Shown: piece after piece, positions 1 through 8,885 of the stretch | Layout of the letters: the number at the start of each line of letters is the position of its first letter | Position numbering within the stretch: position 1 is the stretch's first letter | Origin: Xanthomonas campestris pv. campestris str. ATCC 33913 | GTDB lineage: Bacteria; Pseudomonadota; Gammaproteobacteria; Xanthomonadales; Xanthomonadaceae | Direction of reading: 5' to 3' | Assembly (NCBI RefSeq): GCF_000007145.1 | Contig: NC_003902.1 | Location: 2,906,497-2,938,496 of the forward strand | DNA length: 32,000 bases | Position numbers and translations under genes: made by a program | Notes under the pieces: model-generated | Databases searched by the model: none | What the model was told of the DNA's origin: nothing | The model's input: only the letters and a program-made list of their open reading frames with translations

Positions 1-1376
1 GCCATCGCGCCGGCGCCGACCAGCAGCTGCTGCCACAATGGACCACCGACAGTGACCGATGCGTAATAAGCGCAGCCGCCGGCGATACCGTAGGCCACCA
101 GCGCACGCATGGCATTGACGAACAACGCACCGACCGGTGCGTCCGTGATCTTGCCGATCCAGACCAGCGATAGCGGCCAGATCAACAGCAGGCCGAATGA
201 ATAGCCGATCGCCACGCCCATGGCCCCCCAGCGGGAGCCAACAAAAATGCAGGCGATGAGCAGGATGCGACCGACCAACGAATACACCAACTGCTCGCGC
301 ATCAACCCCTTCGACAGGAACACCCAGTAGGTTGCGTACGACGCCGTCTGGAAGATACCGCCCAGCGTCAACACCTGAAACAGCGGCACCGCTTCCCGCC
401 ACTGCTCACCCAGCACCAGGACGATGAGCGGCATGGCCAGTGCACAGGCAAACGCGAACAACGCAAAGATCAAATGCACCATGACCGTCTGGCCGCGCAA
501 CAAAAAAGCGCTGTAACGCTCGCGCTCATCCTGCAATTGCGAAAGCACCGGCAACGCAACGCTGGTGGCCGGTGCATTGATCTGGTTCAACGGCATCATC
601 AGCAACTGGAAGGCACGGTTGTACAGACCCAGCGCATCGGGCCCGGTTCTCCAGCCGATGATCACCTGGCCAACGTTGCGGCTCGCATAGCCGAGCAGCT
701 GCGCCGCCATCAGGTTCCAGCCAAAGCTCATGAAATCGCGCATCGGCGCCTGCCGTGCGTACCCGCGCGGCAACCAGCGTGCACATGCGCCGGCGATGAT
801 CAGGTTCACGATGGCCTGCACCACCTGCTGCACGATCAACGCCCAGTAGCCCCAGCCGGCCAAGGCGGCCGCAACTGCAGCACCCAACCCCAACACCTGC
901 GAACCCACATCGCTCAGCGCTACCTGACCGAAACGCAGCCCCCGACTGAGGTGTGCGCGGTATTGGGTGGTCATCCCGTTGAGCAGGAAGGTCACCGCCA
1001 ATGCCTGCGAAATCGTCACCAATGCGGGCTCGTGATAAAAGTCCGCAATCCAGTGCGCGGTGGCGAACACCACCACCGACAGCATCAGACCGATGCCGCT
1101 ATTGATCCAGAACAGGTTGTCGCGTTGCTCGCGGCTGACATGTTTCGCCTGGACGGCGGCTGCGGAGAGACCGAAGTCGCGCAGGATTTCGGCGGCCCCC
1201 ACGATGGCGGTCACCATGGCCATCAAGCCGTAGTCGTACGGCGTCAACAAGCGTGCCAGCAGCACGATGCCGCCGAACTGCACGATCATCTTGGCCGACT
1301 GCCCGATCATGGTCACGGCGGCGCCGCCAGCGGCACGCGACCCGAGGCTGCGCGGCGGCGGTGTTGGGGAAGTCAT
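1..1376 (-). CDS. gumJ: GumJ, Wzx-like (MOP family) flippase for the lipid-linked xanthan repeat unit; 5' part only, gene continues beyond position 1
   Basis: Hand translation of the minus strand from ATG 1376..1374 gives MTSPTPPPRSLGSRAAGGAAVTMIGQSAKMIVQFGGIVLLARLLTPYDYGLMAMV... and stays open to position 1 (...GGPLWQQLLVGAGAMA). It is a multi-TM polysaccharide-flippase type protein. It is absent from the ORF track because no stop lies inside the window. Its position 17 nt after gumI fits gum operon order. Confidence 0.85.
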   Translation of the reverse strand, partial: MTSPTPPPRSLGSRAAGGAAVTMIGQSAKMIVQFGGIVLLARLLTPYDYGLMAMVTAIVGAAEILRDFGLSAAAVQAKHVSREQRDNLFWINSGIGLMLSVVVFATAHWIADFYHEPALVTISQALAVTFLLNGMTTQYRAHLSRGLRFGQVALSDVGSQVLGLGAAVAAALAGWGYWALIVQQVVQAIVNLIIAGACARWLPRGYARQAPMRDFMSFGWNLMAAQLLGYASRNVGQVIIGWRTGPDALGLYNRAFQLLMMPLNQINAPATSVALPVLSQLQDERERYSAFLLRGQTVMVHLIFALFAFACALAMPLIVLVLGEQWREAVPLFQVLTLGGIFQTASYATYWVFLSKGLMREQLVYSLVGRILLIACIFVGSRWGAMGVAIGYSFGLLLIWPLSLVWIGKITDAPVGALFVNAMRALVAYGIAGGCAYYASVTVGGPLWQQLLVGAGAM

Positions 1377-1393
1377 GGTCGATGTCTCTGCGG

Positions 1394-2443
1394 TCACAGC
1401 GCGGCGTCTCCATCCTTGCCGAGCGCTTCCAGATAGGTGCGATAGTGCAATTGCCCGATCCGTGGCCAATCACGTTGTGAAAGATCGGGCGCCGGGCCAC
1501 GCGGCGCGGCGCGCACCTGATCGAGCATGCCGCTCAACAACGCCGCATCGAACTCGCCTTCGTACAGGAACACCCAACCCGGACCCACCTCTTCGGCGAT
1601 CGCGGCGTTCGATTCGCTCCACGGCGCAAGCACGGGCCGCGCCAACGACAACGCCAGCAGCAAGGTGCCGGAGTTGTGCATCTGCTTGTATGGCAGTACC
1701 ACCAGTTCGCAGGCACTGACTTCGCGCGCGAGCACCGGCTCCTCGACATAGGCCAGCAGTGCACTGATACGTGCATCCTGCGCGCAGGCGGTTTCGACCA
1801 GCGTGCGCATCTGCGGCGTCGCCGGGTTGCCGACGATGCGCAGGCTCAGGCGCGGGTCTTGCACATCGCGCATGACGTCGAGCAACACCTCAACGCCCTT
1901 GTACGGCCGGATCAATCCAAAATGCAGCAGCCGACCAGGCACCGTGGTGCCCTGCTCCATCGTCGCGAACCAGTCGCGGTAATGGCCGTGCAGGATGGTG
2001 TCGGTGAACGGCGGCCGCACCGGTGTAGTGGCGTTGATGCGGATCCAGCGCCGCGTGAGCTGATCGATCCAGCGCAGCAGCGCGCGCTCCCGCCAGCCGC
2101 GGTCTTCATGCGGCGCCAGGTTGTGCAAGGTGCGTACCACCGGCGTGCCGGTCAGCTGCAACTTCATCAGCAGCAAGGCAGCGCAGGCCTGCTTGGCCAG
2201 CGTGCCCATCTTGCTGGGATGGCGCAGCAGATATTCCGGCCAGTGCAGATGCAGCACGTCGTAGCGCGACAACAACGCCTCGCGCATCGAAAAGAAGCGC
2301 GGCTGCACCGCGTCCGGCAGCGCATCGTAGAGCTGGGTGAGATACGGGTTGGTGTTGGCGTTCGGCTTTTCGGTGGAGAACAGCACCGTGATCCGGGGCG
2401 CCGCAGCAGCACGCGTCACTGGCAGCGAAGCAGACGCGCTCAT
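1394..2443 (-). CDS. gumI: GumI, beta-1,4-mannosyltransferase adding the terminal mannose of the xanthan side chain (GT94)
   Basis: ORF track 1394..2443, 349 aa (MSASASLPVTRAAAAPRITVLFSTEKPNANTNPYLTQLYDAL...). ATG 2443 overlaps the gumH stop (ATGA). Order and length match my recollection of Xanthomonas GumI. Confidence 0.85.
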   Translation of the reverse strand: MSASASLPVTRAAAAPRITVLFSTEKPNANTNPYLTQLYDALPDAVQPRFFSMREALLSRYDVLHLHWPEYLLRHPSKMGTLAKQACAALLLMKLQLTGTPVVRTLHNLAPHEDRGWRERALLRWIDQLTRRWIRINATTPVRPPFTDTILHGHYRDWFATMEQGTTVPGRLLHFGLIRPYKGVEVLLDVMRDVQDPRLSLRIVGNPATPQMRTLVETACAQDARISALLAYVEEPVLAREVSACELVVLPYKQMHNSGTLLLALSLARPVLAPWSESNAAIAEEVGPGWVFLYEGEFDAALLSGMLDQVRAAPRGPAPDLSQRDWPRIGQLHYRTYLEALGKDGDAAL

Positions 2444-3582
2444 CGCACGGCCTCCTGCGTACGTGGTGTTCCCAGCGCAGCGTGGTACTCGTCGATATAA
2501 CGCCCCACCACGTGCCGCCAGTCGTAGCGCGCCACATACGCCATGGTCGCCGTGCGGCGCGCATCGAAATCCGCATTGGCCTGCAGCGCCAATGCTTGCA
2601 CGCTGTCGGCCGCGGCCTGAATCCTGTCGCGATTGACGATCACACCCTGTCCGGACTCGGTGGCAAGCCGCACGAACGGAGGAATGTCGCTGAGAATCGG
2701 GATCAACCCCGCGCTCATCGCTTCCACCGCCGCAATCCCAAACCCCTCATGCCGCGACAGGCACACGAAGAACTGCGCCTGCTGCATCAACGCGCACAAC
2801 TGCTGCTGCGATGGCGACATGCTCAGCTGCACCTTGTCCTGCAAACCGCGTTCGGCGATGGCCTTGCGCAGATCCGCCTCATTCAAATCGTACTCGCGCC
2901 CGGCGATGATCAACCGCCACTGCGGATCACGCGTGAGCGCAGCCTGCAGCAATTCAAGCGTTTCGATCAGGCCCTTGTTGACCGACCAACGCCCGAAATA
3001 CAGCATGGTCCGTCCCGGCGCTCGAGCGCCCTGCCCTGCATACTTCTCCACGTCGACACCGTTCTCGATCACCCGCAAGCGCGACGGCGCGACCACCTTG
3101 GCGAACAGATCGCCGTCATTCTCGCTAGTGGCGATCACACGCGCATAGGCCAGCGCAGAAGTACGCGTCAGCGTCTGGAACCAGATCTGCTTCATGCGCG
3201 ACGCATAGGCAGTGTGGAAAAACCCGCCATGCGTCGAGACCACCATCGGCTTGCCGTGCAGCGGCTTGGTCAACGCCAGGTAGTCGTAGAAAAAATCAAT
3301 GCCATGCAGATGCACCACGTCCGCCGAACGGATCGCCCCCAGCACCGACGGCGCGATCGGGTACCGCGATGAACCACGATAGCCGATGCGAGTGATCGGC
3401 AACCCCTGATGGACCTCGTGCTGCGCCAGTTGCGCAGAGGGATCGGTGAAAACACGATCCAACGTCACGATCTCAACCGTGTCGGCACTGTTGGCCTGAT
3501 GCTGACGTGCCACGTTCAGCACGACTTCCTCCATCCCCCCGATCGACGGATGGAACTGGCGGACCACATGCACGACTTTCAT
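2440..3582 (-). CDS. gumH: GumH, GT4 alpha-1,3-mannosyltransferase (GDP-mannose:cellobiosyl-PP-polyprenol)
   Basis: ORF track 2440..3624. Start moved to internal ATG 3582 (MKVVHVVRQFHPSIGGMEEVV...), preceded by AAGGAG 9 nt upstream, giving 380 aa. A GT-B/GT4 EX7E motif is visible (HEGFGIAAVEAM). Confidence 0.88.
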   Translation of the reverse strand: MKVVHVVRQFHPSIGGMEEVVLNVARQHQANSADTVEIVTLDRVFTDPSAQLAQHEVHQGLPITRIGYRGSSRYPIAPSVLGAIRSADVVHLHGIDFFYDYLALTKPLHGKPMVVSTHGGFFHTAYASRMKQIWFQTLTRTSALAYARVIATSENDGDLFAKVVAPSRLRVIENGVDVEKYAGQGARAPGRTMLYFGRWSVNKGLIETLELLQAALTRDPQWRLIIAGREYDLNEADLRKAIAERGLQDKVQLSMSPSQQQLCALMQQAQFFVCLSRHEGFGIAAVEAMSAGLIPILSDIPPFVRLATESGQGVIVNRDRIQAAADSVQALALQANADFDARRTATMAYVARYDWRHVVGRYIDEYHAALGTPRTQEAVR

Positions 3583-3649
3583 TGCGCCGATCTCCTTTGC
3601 CGGTGACTCACACGAACACGCCACATCGACTGATGATTCTGAAAATGTC

Positions 3650-4720
3650 TCACTTGCGTTTCAATCCCAACATCCAGGGCGCGGCGCGCACCAGCACGGC
3701 ACGCATGGGAATGCAGGCAGCGATGGCAAAGGCGCAGAGAGCCAGCGCCCAGACAGGTGTACCGATGAGTTTGCGATCGATCACCCCGGTTCGCACCACG
3801 ACACTGGTCACGACCAGAAACACCAACGTGTGCGTGCCAAGGATCAGCAGCGTATTGGCGCCGATCCAACGCAGCCAGCGCCACCCTTGCATGAAGTAGG
3901 CAATGCACAACGTCATTGCTGTACCCAGCAGGCTTGCGATCAGGAACAGGAGCGACGATTTTCCGAACTGAAGATTATTGACATCCACCTGCCCGTTCAT
4001 GGCTGCAACGCCCCCCCAGGCGAATGCCAGGACCGGGAACGCGACGACCCAAACGACCGCAGGAAGCGCGCGCACTCTCTCTGCGAAGCGTGACAGCCAT
4101 GCGCCGACTGCAATGAAGAACAGCGCGACCGGCAGCACATCCAGTGCAAACGGAAGGCGCAGCCGCAGCCCTGGGAACCAACGCGTCCACGCCCACACAA
4201 CCAGCAAACTGCAGACCGCGAGCACTGCGGCGCTCAGGTCTTCGCGCAGTGCCAGGTAGACAACGGTGGCGACAAACAGTGCGGGGAGAAACCACAAGGC
4301 CGGGAGCACATACAAGCTGGATCCATTGGCCCACAGCAATCCAACAAACGGATGCCACCAGGGGTGGCCAGCCCAGGACTGGGATGTGCCGTTGAGCACT
4401 GCGCTCAGTATCCAGTAGCCGTAAGCCACCAGAAAAAAGCTGACGTAGGGAATCAGCAGCGTGCGCGCAAGCTTTCCCACCGTCTTCCGGCCAAATGCAC
4501 GACGCCCGAAGCGTTCACCGACCCAGCCGGAAAGAACGAAAAACAGAGGCACATGGAAGCTGTAGGCAAACAGCTTGTAGGCAGGTGCCATGCCACTGGC
4601 GTGCCCCAGCGCGACCAGAATGATCGCAAGAGCCTTGGCCACGTCGATCTGCCATTCGCGCTCCGCGACAGTTGAGGCGATTGTGTCGACGCGACCGGCA
4701 GTGATCGCAGCCGTCGTCAT
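3650..4720 (-). CDS. gumG: GumG, membrane acyltransferase-3 family acetyltransferase (outer mannose acetylation)
   Basis: ORF track 3650..4954. The first 78 codons overlap gumF out of frame, so the start is placed at ATG 4720 (MTTAAITAGRVDTIAS...), which overlaps the gumF stop (ATGA). It is multi-TM and clearly paralogous to GumF (shared LFAYSFHVPLFF..SGW, HPWW.P, LWFLP). Confidence 0.8.
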   Translation of the reverse strand: MTTAAITAGRVDTIASTVAEREWQIDVAKALAIILVALGHASGMAPAYKLFAYSFHVPLFFVLSGWVGERFGRRAFGRKTVGKLARTLLIPYVSFFLVAYGYWILSAVLNGTSQSWAGHPWWHPFVGLLWANGSSLYVLPALWFLPALFVATVVYLALREDLSAAVLAVCSLLVVWAWTRWFPGLRLRLPFALDVLPVALFFIAVGAWLSRFAERVRALPAVVWVVAFPVLAFAWGGVAAMNGQVDVNNLQFGKSSLLFLIASLLGTAMTLCIAYFMQGWRWLRWIGANTLLILGTHTLVFLVVTSVVVRTGVIDRKLIGTPVWALALCAFAIAACIPMRAVLVRAAPWMLGLKRK

Positions 4721-5811
4721 GCCGACACCGGACGTGCACCCAAGGTCCAGGGGGCAAAACGCATCAGAAACCAGCGCAGCGGAACGCTGGCGACCAGCGC
4801 AAAGAGCGTCACGAAGATGGCCCAACCAAGGCCTGGGCGCGCCCCACCAAACCCACCCGCCAAGGCCGCAACACCAGACAGTACAAAGAAGACCAGCATG
4901 TGCGTGCACAGGATCAGCAATGTGTTGCGCCCGATCCACTGCAGCCATGTCCATTCCTGCACCAGGCGCGCCGCGCAGATCACCATCAACGAACCCGCCA
5001 CTGCACTCAACAGGAATACGGCATGCTGCCTTCCGAATTCCAGCATGTTGACATCGATGCGGCCGTTGACCCCGGCCAGCCAGGCAACCAATGCTGCCAC
5101 CACTACGGTGACCAACGCGCTACCAGGCAAGGAGGTTGGAAGATACGGCGACACGTGGATCAGCAGCGCGCCCAGTGCGTAGAAGCACAGCGACACCGGT
5201 AGCACATCCAGGCCCCAGAACAATCGCATGTGCTGGAGCGGAAACCAGTTCATCCAGAACCAGGCGAGAACAACTGCGACAGCCGCAATGACCAGTGGCG
5301 GCATCCAGCGCCGCAGCAGAACGTAGCCAATCACGGTGACCAGCATCACCGGCAGGAACCACAGCGGCGGCTGCACATACAGATCCGGGCCAACGCCGGT
5401 AAACATCGACACGATCGGCTCCCACCACGGGTGGCTCCCCCAACGTGCAGCTTTCTCGCCGATGTTGCGCGTCAACAGCCAGTACACATATCCAAGCAGA
5501 TAGAACACGACATAGGGCAGCAACAGACCACGTGCCTGCTTGGTGATTGTCTGCAGCAGGCTGGTTGTGCGCGAGGCATAACCGGCAGCCAGCCAACCCG
5601 ATACGAGGAAGAAAAGCGGAACGTGAAAGCTGTAGGCAAACAGGGTCATGCCGTGCGGCACGCCTTTTGCGTGGCAGAACACCACCAGCAATATCGCGAT
5701 CGCCTTGGTCGCATCGATACGTGGATCGCGGCTACGGCCGCTCGCGAAGGCACGCGCGCCGGCAGCCTGCACAGGCGCCCACGCCCCCGATGCCCCTGTC
5801 ACCGTATTCAC
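4717..5811 (-). CDS. gumF: GumF, membrane acyltransferase-3 family acetyltransferase (inner mannose acetylation)
   Basis: ORF track 4717..5811, 364 aa. The GTG start at 5811 overlaps the gumE stop (GTGA). An acyltransferase-3 type motif is present (IDATKAIAILLVVFCHA... LFAYSFHVPLFFLVSGW). Confidence 0.85.
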   Translation of the reverse strand: MNTVTGASGAWAPVQAAGARAFASGRSRDPRIDATKAIAILLVVFCHAKGVPHGMTLFAYSFHVPLFFLVSGWLAAGYASRTTSLLQTITKQARGLLLPYVVFYLLGYVYWLLTRNIGEKAARWGSHPWWEPIVSMFTGVGPDLYVQPPLWFLPVMLVTVIGYVLLRRWMPPLVIAAVAVVLAWFWMNWFPLQHMRLFWGLDVLPVSLCFYALGALLIHVSPYLPTSLPGSALVTVVVAALVAWLAGVNGRIDVNMLEFGRQHAVFLLSAVAGSLMVICAARLVQEWTWLQWIGRNTLLILCTHMLVFFVLSGVAALAGGFGGARPGLGWAIFVTLFALVASVPLRWFLMRFAPWTLGARPVSA

Positions 5812-7106
5812 CGCGGCGCTCCTGCGGGCAACGGCACATGCACGCCGTTGTCCGTTGGATCTTCCTTGTTTGTGTCACGCACCGGCACGGCTGACGCTGA
5901 TGGCATCAGGTGCCACATGCAGCCGCAGACAAACCACCACAGCGCCGAAGTCTTGATCGAGAAATAGCCGTTAGACACCAACAGGCTCAGTGCAAAGGCA
6001 AACATCGCCTGGTTTTTGAACAACTGCCCTTCCTTGCTCGGCATCAGCAGCAGGAACGAATAAGACAGCAGGAACGCCAGCACGCCGACAATCGACTGCG
6101 AAGCAATAAAGTAAGAAATACCGCTGTCGAAATACCGGTAGGCCTGCGCAAAATCCAGGCCCATCCACGACTCGAACGATAGATTGTTCATCGAATTCAC
6201 AGTGAAGAAGATGCGCCCCATCGTGGTGTCCTGGTAGGCCGTAATCCCGGTCATCCACACCAGCAGCCAGGCAGAGGCGATCACAAACAGGAACAACAGG
6301 AACGCCAACCGCTGATCCATCCGTTTCAATAACGGCGACAGCAGCACCATCAGCACACAGGTGCCGGCAGCCAGTCGGCCGTCGGATGCCACAATCATGA
6401 AGCCGATCAATCCAATAGACAGAATCAGCATCGACGGCCGCATCCAGCGCCAGAACGTCAATACGATCGCGGTGAAGAAGCAGATGTAATTGCCCATCGT
6501 CACCGGCTCGATGAACCAGGAAGAGGCGCGTGGCAGGTTCGAGCCTGGGAGGAAGTTGCGCTCACCGGGTCGTGTGGCACTGACGAATAGATTGCTGTCC
6601 TCGTTCCAGAACCCTTCTGCACTCATGCCGCGCGCATTGACGAAGAAGCTCTTCGGGTTGACCAGATCGCCATAAGCCGAGGGCATCGCCAGCTCGAACG
6701 CAGCGACCAATGACACGATGATCGTCATGCGTATGAACAGCTTGGGCAACGAGCCGGTGTAAGCAGACCCCAGCACGACAAATGCAAAGACCACCAGGGC
6801 ATCGCGGAAGAACTTGGGGTCGATCTGCCAGTTGACCAGGAAACGCACGAACATCAGCGTCACGATCAAGCCTAGCCCGCCGAAGATCATCGCGATGCGC
6901 TGTCGGCTCATCGAGCCCAGCCCGAGCAGGAAACAGGCTGCGTAGACCAGAAATTCCACTGCATATGTGATCACCGGACGTACGGTGAACACGTTGGCGT
7001 TGATCAACGCCAGCAGCAGGTTGTAGCCCACGCCGGTCAGCAGGGTCAGCTCGATCAGCGCGTTGTGCCAACGCACCCGCGCCTGCTCGCTCATTTGAAT
7101 CAGCAT
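5808..7106 (-). CDS. gumE: GumE, Wzy-like xanthan repeat-unit polymerase (polytopic membrane protein)
   Basis: ORF track 5808..7157 begins at a TTG. The ATG at 7106 (MLIQMSEQARVRWHNALIELTLLTGVGYNLL...) gives 432 aa. It has many hydrophobic segments, is visibly AT-richer than its neighbours, and sits where gumE belongs in gum order. Confidence 0.8.
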   Translation of the reverse strand: MLIQMSEQARVRWHNALIELTLLTGVGYNLLLALINANVFTVRPVITYAVEFLVYAACFLLGLGSMSRQRIAMIFGGLGLIVTLMFVRFLVNWQIDPKFFRDALVVFAFVVLGSAYTGSLPKLFIRMTIIVSLVAAFELAMPSAYGDLVNPKSFFVNARGMSAEGFWNEDSNLFVSATRPGERNFLPGSNLPRASSWFIEPVTMGNYICFFTAIVLTFWRWMRPSMLILSIGLIGFMIVASDGRLAAGTCVLMVLLSPLLKRMDQRLAFLLFLFVIASAWLLVWMTGITAYQDTTMGRIFFTVNSMNNLSFESWMGLDFAQAYRYFDSGISYFIASQSIVGVLAFLLSYSFLLLMPSKEGQLFKNQAMFAFALSLLVSNGYFSIKTSALWWFVCGCMWHLMPSASAVPVRDTNKEDPTDNGVHVPLPAGAPR

Positions 7107-7119
7107 GTCAGCGCCCGCG

Positions 7120-7147
7120 AGAGAAAGGCGGCTGCGATGCAGCCGCC
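7120..7147 (-). terminator. Terminator-like hairpin between gumD and gumE (possible partial terminator/attenuator or RNA stability element)
   Basis: Minus strand reads GGCGGCTGC-ATC-GCAGCCGCC, a perfect 9-bp GC-rich stem (7147..7127), followed directly by TTTCTCT (7126..7120). It lies 13 nt before the gumE ATG. Confidence 0.4.
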
Positions 7148-7188
7148 CGCGGCGCAAGGTGCGCCAGGTCGCACACTCCCCACCGTCA

Positions 7189-8643
7189 TCAGTACGCGGT
7201 CTTCTGTCCGAGCACGCGCACGGCCGTCAGCACGATGATGCGGATATCCAGCCACAGCGACCAACGACGGATGTAGTCAAGGTCGTACTGGATGCGCTTC
7301 TTCATCGTCCGCAGCTCCGGGGTCTCACCGCGGAAACCGTTGACCTGCGCCCAACCGGTAATCCCCGGCTTGACGTAGTGACGCTGCATGTAATGGTTGA
7401 TCAGCTTTTCATAGTGCGTGTTGTGCTGCGCGGCGTGCGGGCGCGGGCCCACGATCGACATGCTGCCACCCAAGACATTGAAGATCTGCGGCAGCTCGTC
7501 CAGGCTGCTGCGGCGCAGGAAACTGCCGAAGCGCGTAATCCGCGTGTCGTTCTTGGTCGCCTGCTGAATCGTGGTGCCATGATCGTCATGCACCCGCATC
7601 GAGCGGAACTTGAACATGTAGAACTCGCGGCCACCCAGGCCGTGGCGGCGCTGACGGAAGAACACCGGGCCGGGCGAGCTCATCTTCACGCCTACCGCAA
7701 TGGCCAGCATCAGCGGCCACAGGCCCATCAGCGCAATCACCGCCAGGATCTTGTCCTGCAGCGCCTTGGCGACCACGAAGTAGTTATCACGATCCACGCC
7801 ACCCTGGCGCAGGTTGATCACCGGCACGCTGCCGATCTGCTCGGCGGACTGGTTCAACAGGCCGAAGTCAAACAGGTCGGGCACCAGCTTCACGTTGATC
7901 GGGTAGCGATCCAGACGCTGCAGCAGCTGCTTGATGTGGTCGCGCTCGCCAAGCGGCAACGAGATCCACACCTGCTCCACCTGGTTGTTCTTCAGGTACT
8001 CGATCAACTCATCAGGATCACCCAGGCACGGCAGGCCCTGGCGCTGATCGGTCACTGCCAGGTCGTACGGCGTGCGGAAGTAGCCCACCAGGTTCATACC
8101 GACCCACGGGTTACGGCTCAAGTAATGACTGATCTTCATCACTGGATGACGCAGACCGACCACCACCACGCGCTGGACATCCACACCCTGCGTACGCAGA
8201 TGATTGAGGAAGCCACGCAGCAAGGTGCGTGCGGCCACCAGCGACACCAGGCCGCCGACGAACCACAGGCCAATCCAGCCACGCGACACCTGCTCACCCA
8301 CCTGCACGATCAATGCATGCACCGCGAACAGCGCAAACACGCCGCCGAACGCACCGCCCAGCACCATCAGCTCACTCAGCAACCCACGGCCGCGCCAGCT
8401 GCGATACAGCGGGAATAACGCGAAGCAGATCACCGAATACAACAACGTTGTTGCAATCGCGACACGATAAGGCGCTGCGGGTACCCAGGTACCGAAAACG
8501 ATGCGGTATGCGATCAGTCCGGACGCCACGACCATGGTCAGGTCGAACACTCGCAAGACCAGGTCGGCGGCTGCCGAATATTTGGACAACAATCGCGGCG
8601 AGGATGTCGTGTAAGTCGCGCTACTCAAGTCTGCCAAAAGCAT
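7189..8643 (-). CDS. gumD: GumD, undecaprenyl-phosphate glucose-1-phosphate transferase (priming glycosyltransferase)
   Basis: ORF track 7189..8709. Start placed at ATG 8643 ([28 protein letters not shown]...), preceded by GGAGG, giving 484 aa. N-terminal TM segments and a C-terminal bacterial sugar-transferase domain are present (...[21 protein letters not shown]...[16 protein letters not shown]). Confidence 0.9.
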   Translation of the reverse strand: MLLADLSSATYTTSSPRLLSKYSAAADLVLRVFDLTMVVASGLIAYRIVFGTWVPAAPYRVAIATTLLYSVICFALFPLYRSWRGRGLLSELMVLGGAFGGVFALFAVHALIVQVGEQVSRGWIGLWFVGGLVSLVAARTLLRGFLNHLRTQGVDVQRVVVVGLRHPVMKISHYLSRNPWVGMNLVGYFRTPYDLAVTDQRQGLPCLGDPDELIEYLKNNQVEQVWISLPLGERDHIKQLLQRLDRYPINVKLVPDLFDFGLLNQSAEQIGSVPVINLRQGGVDRDNYFVVAKALQDKILAVIALMGLWPLMLAIAVGVKMSSPGPVFFRQRRHGLGGREFYMFKFRSMRVHDDHGTTIQQATKNDTRITRFGSFLRRSSLDELPQIFNVLGGSMSIVGPRPHAAQHNTHYEKLINHYMQRHYVKPGITGWAQVNGFRGETPELRTMKKRIQYDLDYIRRWSLWLDIRIIVLTAVRVLGQKTAY

Positions 8644-8885
8644 GGGGATGTCCTCCAAACTCGATACGGCGCATGCGGGGGAACATACGAATCGCACGCG
8701 AGCTTTCAATCATCCTGTCGTCCGATCACCGCGGTAATACCTACCGACCCCAGATCGCAAGACAGCCCTTTGTTTCAACAGAGACAAACCTTCAAACGAG
8801 GGAGTCCGCACCTTACGGGATCCCACCTTTTCCACGCTGAATCAGTTGTCACTTCAATTAACCATCGTTTTGCAACATCACGATG

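Noticed and set aside
4721-4954. Upstream extension of gumG (434-aa version), and similar extensions of gumB (to 11182), gumC (10367), gumD (8709), gumE (7157), gumH (3624), the hydrolase (26529), GH97 (26538) and the TBDR (28961)
   Set aside because: The extensions overlap upstream genes or promoter regions and lack SDs. Internal ATGs give signal peptides, SDs, 4-nt coupling overlaps or the expected protein lengths.
474-8418. Several 250-440-aa plus-strand ORFs (474..1436, 1676..2500, 2482..3372, 5230..5967, 7105..8418)
   Set aside because: All are antisense to gum genes that have clear membrane-protein or glycosyltransferase features. Their composition is typical of GC-rich antisense frames.
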